DNA from: Octopus bimaculoides
Taxonomy: Eukaryota
Assembly: GCF_001194135.2 (NCBI RefSeq)
Contig: NC_069005.1
Coordinates: 3,638,374-3,702,373, forward strand
Reading direction: 5' to 3'
Length of the DNA: 64,000 nt
Part shown: piece after piece, positions 40,332 to 53,830 of the stretch
How positions within the stretch are numbered: position 1 is the first letter of the stretch
Layout: every line of letters starts with the position of its first letter
The notes under the pieces: model-generated
Told to the model about the DNA's origin: nothing
The model's database searches: none
The model's input: the letters and a program-made list of their open reading frames with translations, nothing else
Position numbers and translations under genes: made by a program

Positions 40332-40828
40332 TTTTGTTTTGGTGATTAATTATTTTTCTCTTTAACACCTGTGATCTTCGTAATCATAATATATACCTAG
40401 CCAATCCCAATGGTGAATCTATTCTATCATGGTTAATATAAATATACTATTACGAACGAAAATATGTTATTCAGATAATTTTTCGATTCTCTGACGCGAA
40501 TTCGAGCACTGGTCTCTAGTTTTGCAAGCGAAGACGGAAAGATAACACTTTGTGACACGTGTCTGTTTAAAGCATAGGTGGTATGCTTTTGACACTCTTT
40601 TACAGTGTGGGAGAAGTACGAAGACTATTTGCCCACGTGCCGAGTTAGTTCGCGCTGTAATGCAATGTAAACAGGCGGTTGGAACTTCGGACTAGAAGAT
40701 GATGTGCGACGTTGATATGTGACGTGCTGCAAGTCGATGTGACAGTTTGATGCAGTCAATGTGAGTGATGGGGGAGGGAAACTTCGTATGGAAAATTTGA
40801 CATAGTATTTGGTGTGGAGTGTGAAGTT

Positions 40829-40926
40829 GTTTTGGTGGTTAATGTGAACTATATATTTTTTTCTTTATGCCATAAATGTTTTGGTGGTTAATGTGAACTA
40901 TATATTTTTTTCTTTATGCCATAAAT
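40829..40926 (+). repeat. Perfect 49-bp tandem duplication
   Basis: gttttggtggttaatgtgaactatatatttttttctttatgccataaat at 40829-40877 and 40878-40926, identical. Confidence 0.95.
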
Positions 40927-41954
40927 GTTTTTGGTTTCTTAATCAAAGTTCTCGTATTTTCGTTGTACTCAAGTGTTTTCCTCGTAATTTTTACCCCCTC
41001 TCACTTCTTTGACTGGTGATTTTTCCGTTGGTTTGCCGAGATTTGTGGTCTTCTGAGCTATCAGACACAGACTGTTGTGTTGTCGGTGGTTTCGTGAGGC
41101 CGCGCCTGCGGCGTAACAATGTTATATTGTTCTAATGAGTCCGTCAATTTTAAATCTCGTCTAATTATAAAATATACCCTCTATGATCTGTTACTATCAT
41201 ACCTCAATCCTTGTTCTTCGTTCTATTTCAAATTTATTTTCTTAACCTATTTCCAATGATAATTTTAATTCTATTTCATCTCTATTATAACCAGGTATAC
41301 TTATTCCTTTTTCCATATAGTATTAATAATTAATTAATATTCCTATTATATAAAAATTCCATTATAATATTTTCCTTTTATAGTACATTATTGTTTTTAT
41401 ATATCTTAGTGTAGCATATTTTATTGGTTTACTTTTATAAATTCTTTTAAAAAAGAACTTTCTTAGTGTAACTTTTATAATTTTTTTAATAAGTTTTATT
41501 ATAATTCATTCAGACATTTTCTTATATTTCCTCGTATATTTTATAAATCGTATATCCTTATGTCTTAAGATTTTATATACTCGTCATATATTTTGCACAA
41601 TTTTTTATGTTTTAATAATACTTTGACAATTTTAAAATTTACTTCATATATCCCACTGTGTACTGTGAATATAAAATTATATTTTTCCCCGTATATATTT
41701 CATATATATTAAATATTTTATGTTTTATATTTCCCTGCCTTTGTATAAATATGCTTCATAATTTTTTTTTAATATTTTCATATATTTCATTTTTATATTT
41801 GGTTATATTTTTATTTCGTTGTATTTTTAAAGATTTTATAGCATAATAATTTGGTGGCAATTTCTAAGTTTTAATTTTTTTCATAATTTTCATATATTAA
41901 AGTATACATTATCCCCTTATTTAGTTATATATCAAATTTCTTTCTAGCCTGTAT

Positions 41955-42314
41955 GGCGATCTTTCGATACCAGTCCGAATTATCGGCCTTTTCCGTAACA
42001 CCTGCACGATCTTCTCTAGGATGTTAGGGTTAGGGTTTTAGTGTCAGGGTTAGGGCTTTAGGGTTAGTGTTTAGGATTAAGACGGAGAGAGAGAGTGAAG
42101 GTATGTTTTTTTTCTGTTTTTGCTTGTTGTTTGCTGCTTACCACAACCACTGTTATAAGTAGCATGCCAACTTCAAAAGGAATCACGCTCTCTCTATCTC
42201 TTTCGCGTCCTTTCCCACTTCCCTAACCCAACACTTTTTACGGAAAATGCCGAAATTATGTAAATAATCACACGTGGTCTAAATGACATTTTCTACTACT
42301 AACGAAGGATCACC
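41955..42314. mobile_element. 360-bp MITE with GG..CC termini, 8-bp TSD and internal degenerate (TTAGGG)n
   Basis: Ends ggcgatctttcgatac and RC ggtgatccttcgttag (12/16). TSD gcctgtat (41947-41954) / gcctatat (42315-42322). Subterminal IR tcggccttttccgtaa / ttacggaaaatgccga. Confidence 0.7.
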
Positions 42315-42324
42315 GCCTATATAT

Positions 42325-42380
<56 letters not shown>

Positions 42381-43528
42381 GTTTTGATCCATGGTACCAG
42401 TAAACCTAGATTAAAACTTAAACCTTCAATTCATATTCCACCCATGATCATTTAAGTGGGATTCCTTTTAACAGTTCACTTTTCATCCCCTTTTAGATGA
42501 CAGTTAAAATAAGCTTTATTAACCATCCATATACCCACGTTTCTTTTTCTTATCACCACTTCCCCATCAGACATATTATTTTACCTCCCCATGACCTATA
42601 GTGTTGATATAGCCGGATGTAAAGTTTCATTTTCATAGATAGATGAATGGTCTGTCATGATATTAATTTATAACTGCCTAAAGATCTAATTTTAGATCTT
42701 TTGAAATCTACATCCTCTCTTTTATCTTCTCTCATTCATCTCTACTACCACTCTCTAACCTGTGCTTATCTCTGCCGTGTCTCTCTCTCTCTGCTGTCCT
42801 TTTCATTCTGCCAACAAATTTAGCATCGGAATCATTGTAAATATTTGCTCTGTATTCATGATATGTATATGTTTAAAAATCTAACTTGTCCTATATGCTT
42901 GAGGTCTATGCAGTCATCGGATCAGAAGGGTATTTTTGTAATGATATGATGTTTTCATTGATCAATTAAAGAGGTCGCTCGAAACGGCGATAGTGAATTA
43001 ACACTTATACATCATTGTTACTCATTTATATTTCACTTCGCTACCCTGAAATCTGCATTTCGGAAGTATTTGGAAAGTGTCTATATAAAGTAAATGTCTG
43101 AACAAACAACAGTAGAGTAATTTACTAAGTTGGATCATCCCATCTGCATACACTGCATAAATATTGGGGGTGGGGTGAATGTAGAGTTTGATACTCGCCT
43201 AATATTGTCTGAGTGTGCAAATAAGTTCGTCCTAACAATGTGCCTCAATTTAAGTATCTGAAGTGAGGGAGACAGATGGAAGGGAAATCAAATGTGATTA
43301 AATTAATTTTCGTAATGTAAGATTGTAGGAGGTAATTAAAAATATCGTGGCTGGTGTATGCATTTTCCAGCTGTGAATCAAAGCGCAACGGCTGTCTGCT
43401 TCTATCAGGTTTACATATCGGTGATGTAGACAAATCTTTTAGACCCGTTACTACTGGACAGCTTACTTTGCCCTGCTGAGTCTATGACGTGACAGTTACA
43501 TATATAGCGAACCAGACAACAGGTAATA

Positions 43529-44398
43529 GGAGGGGTCACCAAACAGAAACCGGAATTTTGCAATATTATTTTATTCACTTAGCTTCATATGTTTCGACTT
43601 TTATCGCCTTCAAAATATTCTCCAGTTGAAGCACAGTATCGGTCCGGGCGCATTTTCCGCTAATCGAAATAGTGCTGGAACTCTTTCGAAGTGAAGCATA
43701 GTAACACTTCTGTTTTTTTTCTTCTTCACCTCTTCCGCATCTGAAAATTCCGTACTGCCACCTTTTGTCACCAGTGATGACCTTCTAAAAATTGGCCCAG
43801 ATTAACTTCCAACAGTTTCTTTCTCTTCACGATACGCATTCAGTCATGGCTGCTTTTTACCTTCCGTGAGTAAACGGGGCACAAAATTTGCAACTCTTTG
43901 CATTCGCAATTTCTCGATCAAAATTCATTGGCAAGAGCTCTAAGACACACCAGTTATATCAACAATTTTGTAAATTGTTCGGTGAGGCGTTAATGAATTT
44001 CCACGATGTTCTCATTCATTCTGGAGTTCGAAGGCTTTCCTCGACGTGATCTGTCTTCAAGTGACAAGTGTCCATTCTTAAAGCGTGCGAACCACTCGTA
44101 AACTTCTGTTTTGCTCATGGCAACGTCCTTGTAAGCTGTTAGAAGCATGACAACTTTTCGGCCGCCGTCTCCCCCAGCTGAAAATAAAATTTCACTGAAG
44201 TACCCCCTTCATTCGTTTCAGCTAACGCAAATTCGATGAACAAGGGAGAATCTCAGCAAAGCAGACACATTATGTGGCACTATGACTTCACTAGACGACG
44301 CTGGTCAGCGGCTTGATGCCTAAGTGTCGAGCCAAGCCTGAACTACAACGGTTTTGCCCCACAAAGAAGGTTTGCGGTTAATTTTGGGCACCCCCTCG
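43529..44398 (-). mobile_element. Internally deleted mariner transposon, 870 bp, degenerate TIRs, TA TSD
   Basis: TA at 43527-43528 and 44399-44400. Termini ggaggggtcaccaaacagaaaccgga and RC cgagggggtgcccaaaattaaccgca. Confidence 0.88.
43585..44240 (-). pseudogene. Mariner transposase pseudogene
   Basis: VKFYFQLGETAAE.VVMLLTAYKDVAMSKTEVYEWFARFKNGHLSLEDRSRRGKPS; MQRVANFVPRLLT; VITGDKRWQY; then directly FSDAEEVKK...GEYFEGD. Stops and frameshifts present. Confidence 0.9.
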
Positions 44399-44978
44399 TA
44401 TATACACTCACATACGGGTCAATAACATCAAACAATGACAACATCGCTGATTTCAGGTCCACATATAAATATTTAATGTGCACAGAGGTATCACCCTCAT
44501 ATACAGCAATACTGTTGGAAACCCACAGCCTATCACTCACTAATAGATCTACGTAGAAACAAGAAACGCTCTTCTGAAAAATTGAATACACCAGACAGGT
44601 CATGAGAACAAAATAGTTTAAGTTTTTCTGCACAGAGAACAATAACTCCCTCAACGATTTCTGACATCGTCGTATCCTTTGTTAAACATTCTATGTATTC
44701 GTTAAATATTAATCTGCATTCTAGATTAATCAATGATTCGAAAGACTCGGAGCGAGAGTTGGCGTTATCTTGTTACATTTAAAGATCTGACATTATACAA
44801 AATAGTCTGGTATTGTATTCCTCGGACATATACATACCTACATGTACATGGAGGCAGTTATGGCAAAGATATATGAGACATACGTGCGCAAGCATAAACG
44901 TACAAACACTTATTTACACTGATAAATTAGCATATACACACAGACACACACACATACATACGAGGAATCCGCACAGAC

Positions 44979-45089
<111 letters not shown>

Positions 45090-45834
45090 CAGAGATGAAG
45101 ATACGAGCGTTTATTGGAACAAAACCCTCAATCGAGTTAAAAGAACTCGCTACAAGATTAAGTAGAACATCTTTTCTCTCAGAAACCTTTCTATTATAAA
45201 ATTCTTCAATTAGACAATGCAAACGTTCTCACCCTTTTCCTCCTTCTATAATTAATTTTTCAATTTCAAACTCATAACAGAATTTCTATAAAGGATCTCT
45301 TTATGTATAAATAACAACTAATTAAATCGTGAATGAGTGTAGAGAGAATATGGAAATTAAGAGATACATTACATTCATATATGTAATGTTGCAAATACAC
45401 ACACACACACAAATACACACAAGTGGTGCTGAAATGTCCCTGGCAATTGGTAAAAGAAAGTACAGGAAGATTCTATTCAACTTATTCCCCTCAATGATCC
45501 ACACATTTATAGCAACAGGCCTTCCGTTTTTCTAAACCTTGTAAAAAGAAAAAAAAATCGTAAATTTGGGCCTGCAATCAGGTCAGTCGCCACACACTTA
45601 GGGCCAGGAAATTTTAAGCAAACCCTCGTATACTTACATTCATACGTAATACACACATACATACAATCATGTATACAAACATAATACCTACATGTATAAA
45701 TGCATATATACGTATATACACATACATACGTAGAAAGGAGAAACTTCATTTGAAGACTAGAGATCCAATTAATCACTGGAATGGTAAAAATCTGTAAAAT
45801 ATATATGAGCATATCTAAGACTCTTCTTTCAATT

Positions 45835-45970
45835 TTCCCCTTCGTCATCCACTCACAAGGCATTGGACGGCTGATGGGTGATACTTGCCGAAGATGCCAC
45901 ACAGTTACACTGAACCTGGAGCCGTATGGCTGGAAATGAAGATTGTTACCACATAGTCATGCCTGCGCTC
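45835..45970 (-). mobile_element. SINE family A 5' part, degenerate
   Basis: tccactcacaaggcattgg..gatacttgccgaagatgccacacag..actgaacctggagcc..ttaccacatagtcatgcctgcgc. Confidence 0.7.
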
Positions 45971-46017
45971 ATACAGATAAATTTAGAGAAAGAAACATGG
46001 GCTTCGGGGTGTACAAC

Positions 46018-46400
46018 AATCATGGCATTCCGTCGTTTACGACGACGACCACGGTTCCAGTTAATTCGATAAACGGAACAACCTTCTCGTGAAATTAATG
46101 TGCAAGTGGCTGAGCACTCCACATACACGTGTAGCCTTAATGTGGTTCTCGGGGAGATTCAGCGTGATACACGGTGTGAAACGGCTGGCCCTTTGAAATA
46201 CACGTACAACAGAATCAGGAAAAAAGTGTGAGAAAACATTGGAAGAATACAACAGGGTTCGCCACCACGCCCTGCCGGAGCCACGTCGAGCTCCAGGGGT
46301 TCTCGCTCAATAAACACTCACGACACCCGGTCTTGGAATCGAAACCGCGATCCTATGACGGCGAGTACACTGCCCTAAGCACTAAGCCATTGCTCCTCCA
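46018..46400 (-). mobile_element. tRNA-derived SINE, family D/E (full length)
   Basis: RC head ggaggagcaatggcttagtgcttaggg..ggtttcgattcc. 3' half gtatcacgctgaatctccccgagaaccacattaaggctacacgtg is shared with 18225-18275. Confidence 0.8.
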
Positions 46401-47539
46401 CTGCATGACAATATATGCGAAAATAATCAACAGATAATGTAGAAATAACCTCGAAACAAAATATATATAACAAATCTTCCAACATTGTTTGCTCTTTGCT
46501 TTGCGTTACTGATTTTTTTGTTTGAAACCACTTCCTAAAAAGCAGTATCGTAAACACTGCGAGATTATAGGTACGTGTTTATATAAATGCGTGTGTATAT
46601 ATTCATATATGTATATATAAATGTATACATACCTATATACACATATATAGCTATCTATGTGTATGTTGACATATGTATATACACAAAGTGAGAGATGCTC
46701 ACAGCGTATGCATGTATGTCTGCGAGTGTTTATATATTACGTATAAATGTATACGTGTGCATATATATATCTTTGTATATAAACCTAAAATTACCCTTGA
46801 TCTCATAAAAGTTCCAACCATGCGTAGACTGACTCTCAGACAGATGTGTGTGCGTATTTTTCTCTGTACATTATGTGCACACGTGTGGGCGGGCATATCT
46901 TTATGTTCAAGAGTAAACATTGCCAACGTATAATTAAAGTTTGCCTCCAGTGACTACAATTGCCTTCTCTGGGCGATTGTTGTTATTGAAAGGGAAAACT
47001 GACTAACAAAGTGACGGATATTATAGTTTTATGACACTTCACAATTACCATTACCGATTAAGTTCAACTGGCACTATTTCCATATTTGGTTATCTAACTC
47101 CGTTATTTACCAAGCAAACATGTTAAATAAAATGAAAATAAAACGCTACCGTCTCCGCATCTACTTGCTGAAGTTCTCTGCATAATCAAAGAGCACAATA
47201 ATACATTTGTTAGAAACAAATCAGTTATAGATATTAAATAAGCCAGGAGCTTATCTATTGACATAGTCGGCTTCCGACAAAGCAGATCACATTAATTCAT
47301 TGGATTTGTGTATCTGTACCAGACTGAAGGTCATGCAGTGCAATGTATTATGAGATAGATCTCCTTACGTGCTATTTTATTAGTTTTGAATTGTATTCAG
47401 ATAAAGTAGGACAGCTCACATGCATCATTACAGAGCTTAACATTTCCAGAGAGGAGACTCTTCTCTACAGTTCTTGCGGTATTGCCGTTATATTGTTGTT
47501 GCCAATGCGGTGAGATGGTAGAGTACTTTATCTTTTTAT

Positions 47540-47737
47540 CTCATGCTGGTTTCAATCATGAGACTACGGCCACGCTGGGCACCGTCATTAGTGTTTATTC
47601 GAATCGCTCCTAGCAAATTTTTAAAGAACAATAATTATTCTATCCGTCGGTTTTGACGAACAGCTAAGTTACGGTGACGTTAACAAAACAACACTGGCTG
47701 TCGAAGCAATGGTGGCAGACAAACACACATAATATAG

Positions 47738-47768
<31 letters not shown>

Positions 47769-47928
47769 CGATGGGATGCTTTCAGTGTTAGTCTAACAAA
47801 TCCACTTACAAGGATTTCGTTGACCCAAAGCCACAGTAGAAGTCACTTGCCCAAGGCACCACACAGTGAGATCGAACCCGGACTATGTGTTTGCGAAGTT
47901 AACTTCTTACCACAAAGCCAGCCTGCAC
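47540..47928 (-). mobile_element. SINE family A, full length, degenerate
   Basis: cggccacgctgggcacc..cagctaagttacggtgacgttaac..(AT)n..gtagaagtcacttgcccaaggcaccacacag..gatcgaacccggactatgtg..cttcttaccacaaagcca. Confidence 0.8.
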
Positions 47929-47984
47929 CGGGTATAGAGGGTTGATAAAAACATTTTTCGTGGTATTAATTCTGAGTCACTAAT

Positions 47985-48240
47985 TTCTGAGTTAAAATTC
48001 CACCGAGGTTGAGTTTTAGCCTTAACACCCTCTTGGGTCAATATAATAAAGTACGATTTTTGCCCTCAGCTCGATATAATCAATTTAACACTCTCCCTCA
48101 AATTTTAGGCCTTTTCCCTATAGTTGGAAGCATCATGGTTATAGCAAAAGAAGCGAGACGCCAGGCATTGTTGAGCGTCGAGGACTTTGCTTTGCGATAT
48201 TTCTTCCAGTTCAATATGTCCTGAGTTCGAATTCCACTAA
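47985..48240 (+). mobile_element. SINE family B copy followed by a second B-type head fragment
   Basis: ctgagttaaaattccaccgaggttg..aaattttaggccttttccctatag; then ctgagttcgaattccac. Confidence 0.6.
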
Positions 48241-48594
48241 TATTGTCTTAGAGGTTCTCACTTTACAGAAACTGAAAATTGTTTTTTTTGTCTTTTTTTA
48301 CATATATATTTGATCCAATGCAATATCTGACATTTTACAAGGCTTCCTAAATCACTGAGTGTTAATTAGACTTAATAACAGATGCAGCTCCAATACTTGC
48401 AACATAGCACATTCTACAAAACGCACAGAAGGTAACAAACGTTTAAAGGTTTTAGACAGAGCGGTGAACTAAGTCTGTCCTCTGTGTGCGTGGTACGGTT
48501 TGTATTCAGAAAGAACGCAAAGGGATGGAATAAATATAAAATTTTTCATTCTGGCATGGTTACATTTCCATCGCTCCATTACACCAGGTTAGAA

Positions 48595-48715
48595 TTTTCT
48601 TTTTATCTACCCCGAAAGAATGAATTGCAAAGCTGACCTCAGTGGGAATTGAACTTCAAACGTAAATTGTGAAAATAAATGCTTTTCCTTGTAAAGCTTT
48701 GACGCTCCTGACATT
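48595..48715 (-). mobile_element. SINE family B fragment
   Basis: ttttatctaccccgaaagaatgaattgcaaagctgacctcagtgggaattgaactt. Confidence 0.6.
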
Positions 48716-49221
48716 TACTGCCTTGATTATAGCTTTTGTCGTGATAGCTTCGTTGTTTTCTTAGTTTAGCATTCGTATTAGTTGTGTTAAAGCGGCAGAA
48801 TGAGCGTTCTAGCCTCGGCCACCTTGTGATTTACAGGAGTTCTGCTCGAGGAATTACGTTACTCTCTGCATCTTAAAAAAAAAAAAATTGAGTATCCCAC
48901 TATGACACATCTTATGTCGACATTGTAACTCATGTTTATTTTTTTAATAGGAAGCAAATCAATGCTTTTAACATCAAACTTGAGTCATGTTCCGATAGCT
49001 TTTAATGATTGCCAAGTGTTAGGTTGTGGTGCTGTAGAGAGATCCGATTAATAATAATCCTAGAGAAAACGATGTAATGTTTATAGCGTTTAGACTTATA
49101 TTAGCGGTATATGTAAACTGATACACATGCAGCCATCGTGTTCTCACGGAATTCATTTCAAATTAACCCTTTGAAAGCGAAAAAAAAATTCAAATAGTTA
49201 TTCTTTTCTTTTATTTTTTAA

Positions 49222-49518
49222 CTTCATTCAGTCATTTGAATGCGGCCATGTTGGTTCACTTCTTTGAAGGATTGTCGTCGAAAAAAAATCGACCCCGACA
49301 CCATCGCCGGTTGTCAAGTGGTCATGGGGGAGGGACAACCACACACACACACACACACACACATATATACACACATATATACATATATATATATGACGGT
49401 TTCTTTTCGTTCGCGTCTACCAAATTCACTCAGAATACACTCGGCAAAGGTGTCTCACAATACAACTGAACCAGCAACCATGTGTTTGGGAAGCAAGTTT
49501 CTTATCATACAGCCACGC
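49222..49518 (-). mobile_element. SINE family A with internal deletions
   Basis: ttcagtcatttgaatgcggccatgttgg..tcgacccc..ccggttgtcaag..gtctaccaaattcactca..actgaaccagcaaccatgtg..gggaagcaagtttcttatcatacagccacgc. Confidence 0.8.
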
Positions 49519-50252
49519 TTTTGGTCAGAATGTTCTTACATTTTCTTCGGAAAGCCGTTTTACGTCAGCGTCGTGAAATATCGCTTTAAGCTTCGTAGAG
49601 CAAATGCGCGCAAAGTGACAATTTCTGCGTAAGCAACTTTTCATTAAATATCTCTTTAAAGAGCAAGAATTACAGAGTTTTGGTGATTGGTATGGAAAAC
49701 TTACGTAGCAAGGGATACTGCAAACAAAAAATAAAATATTAATTCAGACAGAGAATATCAATTCTAATTTTTGATTGATAATTAGCATCATTACGGGAAT
49801 GACCATGAAATGTAATTACGCAGCGGACGTGTTAAGTCTTGGTTTACATTTACCAAACCGAATGATAAATATCGTTAAATTCGTTCTACACAGAGATAAA
49901 CTGATAGAATTATTCAATAAATCACATACGGAGTTCATTTAATAAAGGTATGTCTATCGCTAGCATTACTAAATTCAAATTTTAAACAGCTTTTCACTAC
50001 GCAGCAGGTAAATTATATTTCACTTCAATTAGAACACAAAACTTCGTGCATCAAGTAAATTCACTAAAATGTGTAGAGTGAATAATGTAGTGGTTTCTCT
50101 CAGATTCCTGCCTTAAGTCAAGAAATAATGTGTATTAAGTTAATTATATGTATTGACTATCTACAGAGATAAAAGCGGCTTAATTGGATACTACACACTC
50201 AGAGAGGCATGCAACCATGCATATAGACACTATCAAGATCATATCATTTATA

Positions 50253-50300
<48 letters not shown>

Positions 50301-52207
50301 AACAAATACACATATATATATATATATACAAATATACATATATATATATAGACACATATATATACAAATATACATATACAAATATACACATGTATATATA
50401 TACAAGCAAATATAAAATGTGCGTGTATATATATATATATATATGTACATGTATGGATGCATGTGTATATAACCTATGTACACGAAACTCATTAGAATCG
50501 GGGCTCTTGCTTAAGCAATCAGGGTTAATTAAACACGACTTCAGTGGTTTTAACCGATGTTTTATGAGGCAATTCTTCCAAAATTACTGAAGTCGTCCAT
50601 ACAAATTAAACTTCCAAGGACTAATTGCCATAATAATTAAATACTTAAATCTTAAATTCTATAATGTTTCTGCTCGCCTCTTTTCTCTAATTACATCGCG
50701 TAATTGTGAATAATCCACTGGATGTGCTCAAGGTGATAAATATGTTTAGCAACCACCTCTTGAGCACGGCGTGAAACATTGAATTTTGTGCTGATAAATT
50801 TATGGCGCTTAAATCCTTTATTTTGTCCCTTTCTCTGTATCCTGGTGTTCACTTCTTTTTAGATCTGTTTTGTGTTTTGGTGTTAATTTTTTTTTTATAT
50901 TACTATTTTCGAGTTGCAGCATTTGGCGTCTCATTTTCTTGTCTTATCCATTCACTTGGACTAATTTCATATGACGTAATGAACACCAACAAAACCGAAG
51001 AATATGTGAATATTCTGTTTTAATGATATTTAATGAGATTCGGTGATATAAATGTACTACACTTATGCTGTGACCGAAAGACATAGATACATACACACGC
51101 ATGCATGCATACATACACACATACATAAATATATGCGTGTATGCATACAGTTGCGCACTCAACGTCTTTTTTTCAATTCATAGAGTTGTAGTTTATATCA
51201 ACGAACTGGTCATCCATATCCATCACCAACTTGACTTGGCACATATATAATATTAGTAGATTCTTTTATCGAGGCTTTTGTAGGCGACAAAATAGGATAT
51301 TTTCATGTTCTTTGAATATTTCATCCAATGCCAGATAGGGTAACATACCTACCTACAAAGGGTTTACACAAACACACATACATTCACTTACGCCTGCACA
51401 CAGTCTGTATTCCAAACTAGCAATTGCATCGTGATTTCGTTTTGGTGATTTTTCTGTTCTTTGTCAATTTGTGCAGAGTGGGAAAGAAAACAAAATGTAT
51501 AACATTTGTAAATTAAAGCAGCGTTATCGATGCACATTCACACGTTTTTAAATGGATGAGCCTTACGTATCGCCATCGATATACGTTCTTGTCCAATGAT
51601 TTTCAGATATGGTTGGAGAATTACATGACGATTCCAATCCAGTGAAGACCATAAACCGTTCTGCTTGTGCTGCATGTAATAATTTTCCCAGGCTGGTTGT
51701 CTAAATTTGAAGAACTGCCGTATAGGTCGTACGTAACTAGTTTATATGGGAACCAAATAGGACGTAGGCAACGCGCTTATCACTATGTATTGACGTAAAT
51801 ATATAAGGAAATGGGAATTGTATAGACCTCATTAAAGCAATCAATATTTGGTAACATAAAGATCTTTTGGTGCTTATAGAATGCGTGAATCGATCAGAAA
51901 CGATATAGAATGAATGTGTTTAAAACTGATATCAAATGTAACTATGGACTGTGTGTAATTAGGCCCATAGAAATAAATATCTACAGCATATTTGAACACG
52001 TCATCAATACCTTATCACTGCAATCGCATTGAGTCTTTGACTGATCAATCTTTTTATATTTGATATAGGTATGTGTTTGTCTCACTCCCTCCCTCGTATG
52101 TCAGTGTTTCTCTCTCACACACATACACACTCTCAAACACAGAGGTACAGACACACACATATATATATATTTATACACATAGAAATCAACATATATATGC
52201 TTATATT

Positions 52208-52258
<51 letters not shown>

Positions 52259-52479
52259 TTTTGTCTTACTTGTGCAAGCGCGTTTAGGCATTTATAGTTG
52301 TATATATGTGTAAGAATTTTAGTTTGTCTAAAGGTGCTAGACTTATTTGTTTTAAAGAAAACTTCACAAAATATTAGTCTCTTGTGGAAACAATTCTGAC
52401 TTTTAAATACATTCTTTCAATCAATTAACTTTGTTTAAATATTTCTTTTTTGTTGATGTTATTGTTGTTTTCGTTGTTG

Positions 52480-52900
52480 ATTAGTTATTGCTAATCTCTT
52501 TTTCTTTTTGCTTCTCTGTTGCTGGTGTTTCTGTTAATTTTCTTTGCCATACCAATTTCATTTCGCTTCATCTCTTTTAGCATCATCTTCCTCTTCGTCG
52601 TCTTTCATTTTATTCTTTTTCATCTTAGTTTTTGCATCTCATTTTTATTTTTCATCTCCGTTTTCTTCTTCCAATTCATTTTCGTCTTTTTTCTTTCTTC
52701 GTCTTCTCATTCTTTTACTTCGACAAAATTCGTCTTTGTCTTGTTCTCTCTTTCGTTTTATTCTTCTACTCATTATTATTATTCTTAATCTCCTCCTTCA
52801 TCTTATTCTACATTGCTGTCTTTCTTCTCTAGATCTCCTCCTCCTCTTCCTTCATTTCATGCTTTTAATTTCTCTTCTCATCCTCTATGCCACATCTGAG
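52480..52900. repeat. T/C-rich low-complexity tract
   Basis: Degenerate ttc/tct repeats giving spurious F/S/L ORFs. Confidence 0.8.
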
Positions 52901-53659
52901 ATCTTCAGAGAATACTTCTAATCACTTATCAAATCTAATCACAACGAGCAGAGCAATCTCCCTCGTGGTATTTTTCAACGGAAGAAGAATATAAACATAC
53001 GAAGCAGCCCAATAAAAGAAAAATTTATATATACCAGTAAAATCTGACCAAAGAACAAAGAACTCATAACAACAAATATAGCATTTCGTGTTTATTTTCT
53101 TGAAGTTTGTTTAATTATTTATGCTCTTTAAGTTAAGTTAAATGGGATCTTAAAAGTTGGTTGCTTTTAAAACTTCACTTTACGACAATTCCCAAATCGA
53201 CATTAAATATTTGAGAACCGATGGAAAACAGAAATCAGGATTGATGTCACTAGGTGCATTAGATTAATTAGATTAGGCAATCGACAGATATAAGCCTAAT
53301 TAGAAAGGACAGCAGTGGAGATATAGACGTCCTGTGTGATTGGTCCATGTCCTGGTTTCGATTCCCAGTTGTAAGTATTTAGATTTGCATACTTTAAATT
53401 AAAAGCCGTGTAGCTTTGGAAACGGCAGGCTCATCAGTTCGGTTCCGGGTTCCAGAGCTCTGTTGTGGCTGCGACTCGATTTTTCTCTCAGTCTATTGTT
53501 AAACATGTTGTCGCAGTAAACACCAAATATGTTTGTCGTTTGTAATCTATAAACCTAATCCTGAAGACAGCTACATGTGAACCCATTCCATCATTTCATA
53601 CATCTTCAGTAGCTACTATTTATGTAAACCTCGTTAGGGCGGGGTCCTCAAACAACTCT

Positions 53660-53830
53660 TCCCTAGGTTCTTGTCAGACGCAAATTGGAAATCCGGATTC
53701 TACAGATGCCATCAAACCATTCCGGTTTTCTTCTACCTTTGCTTTCCGTGCACGTTGCTTCGGCTTTTAGAGTTCCTCTTTCGATTGTTTCCCCTTGCCC
53801 CGAGTGCCGAGATGTGATATGGAGAACTAA
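53660..53830 (-). mobile_element. Possible RTE-clade LINE C-terminal remnant
   Basis: RC gives ..RHSGQGETIERGTLKAE/KQRARKAK..ICRIRISNLRLTRT*, loosely like the RTE end (KR.RRK..C.SRIGL.SH.R). Weak. Confidence 0.3.

Noticed and set aside
44533-44733. 66-aa minus-strand ORF ending at a GTGAGT donor-like site
   Set aside because: No convincing acceptor and no homology.
47985-48715. Inverted pair of family B SINEs as a dsRNA substrate
   Set aside because: Only ~65% identity over ~60 bp by eye, too weak for a stable duplex.
53425-53445. CTGATGA on the minus strand (also CTGACGA at ~4645 and CTGATGA at ~32040 minus and 60760)
   Set aside because: No pairing stem II followed by GAAA, so these are not hammerheads, and there is no box C/D pair for a snoRNA.
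53380-53700. Octamer ATTTGCAT and a GGGCGG box suggesting a promoter
   Set aside because: Short motifs expected by chance, ~250 bp apart, with no associated transcript evidence.
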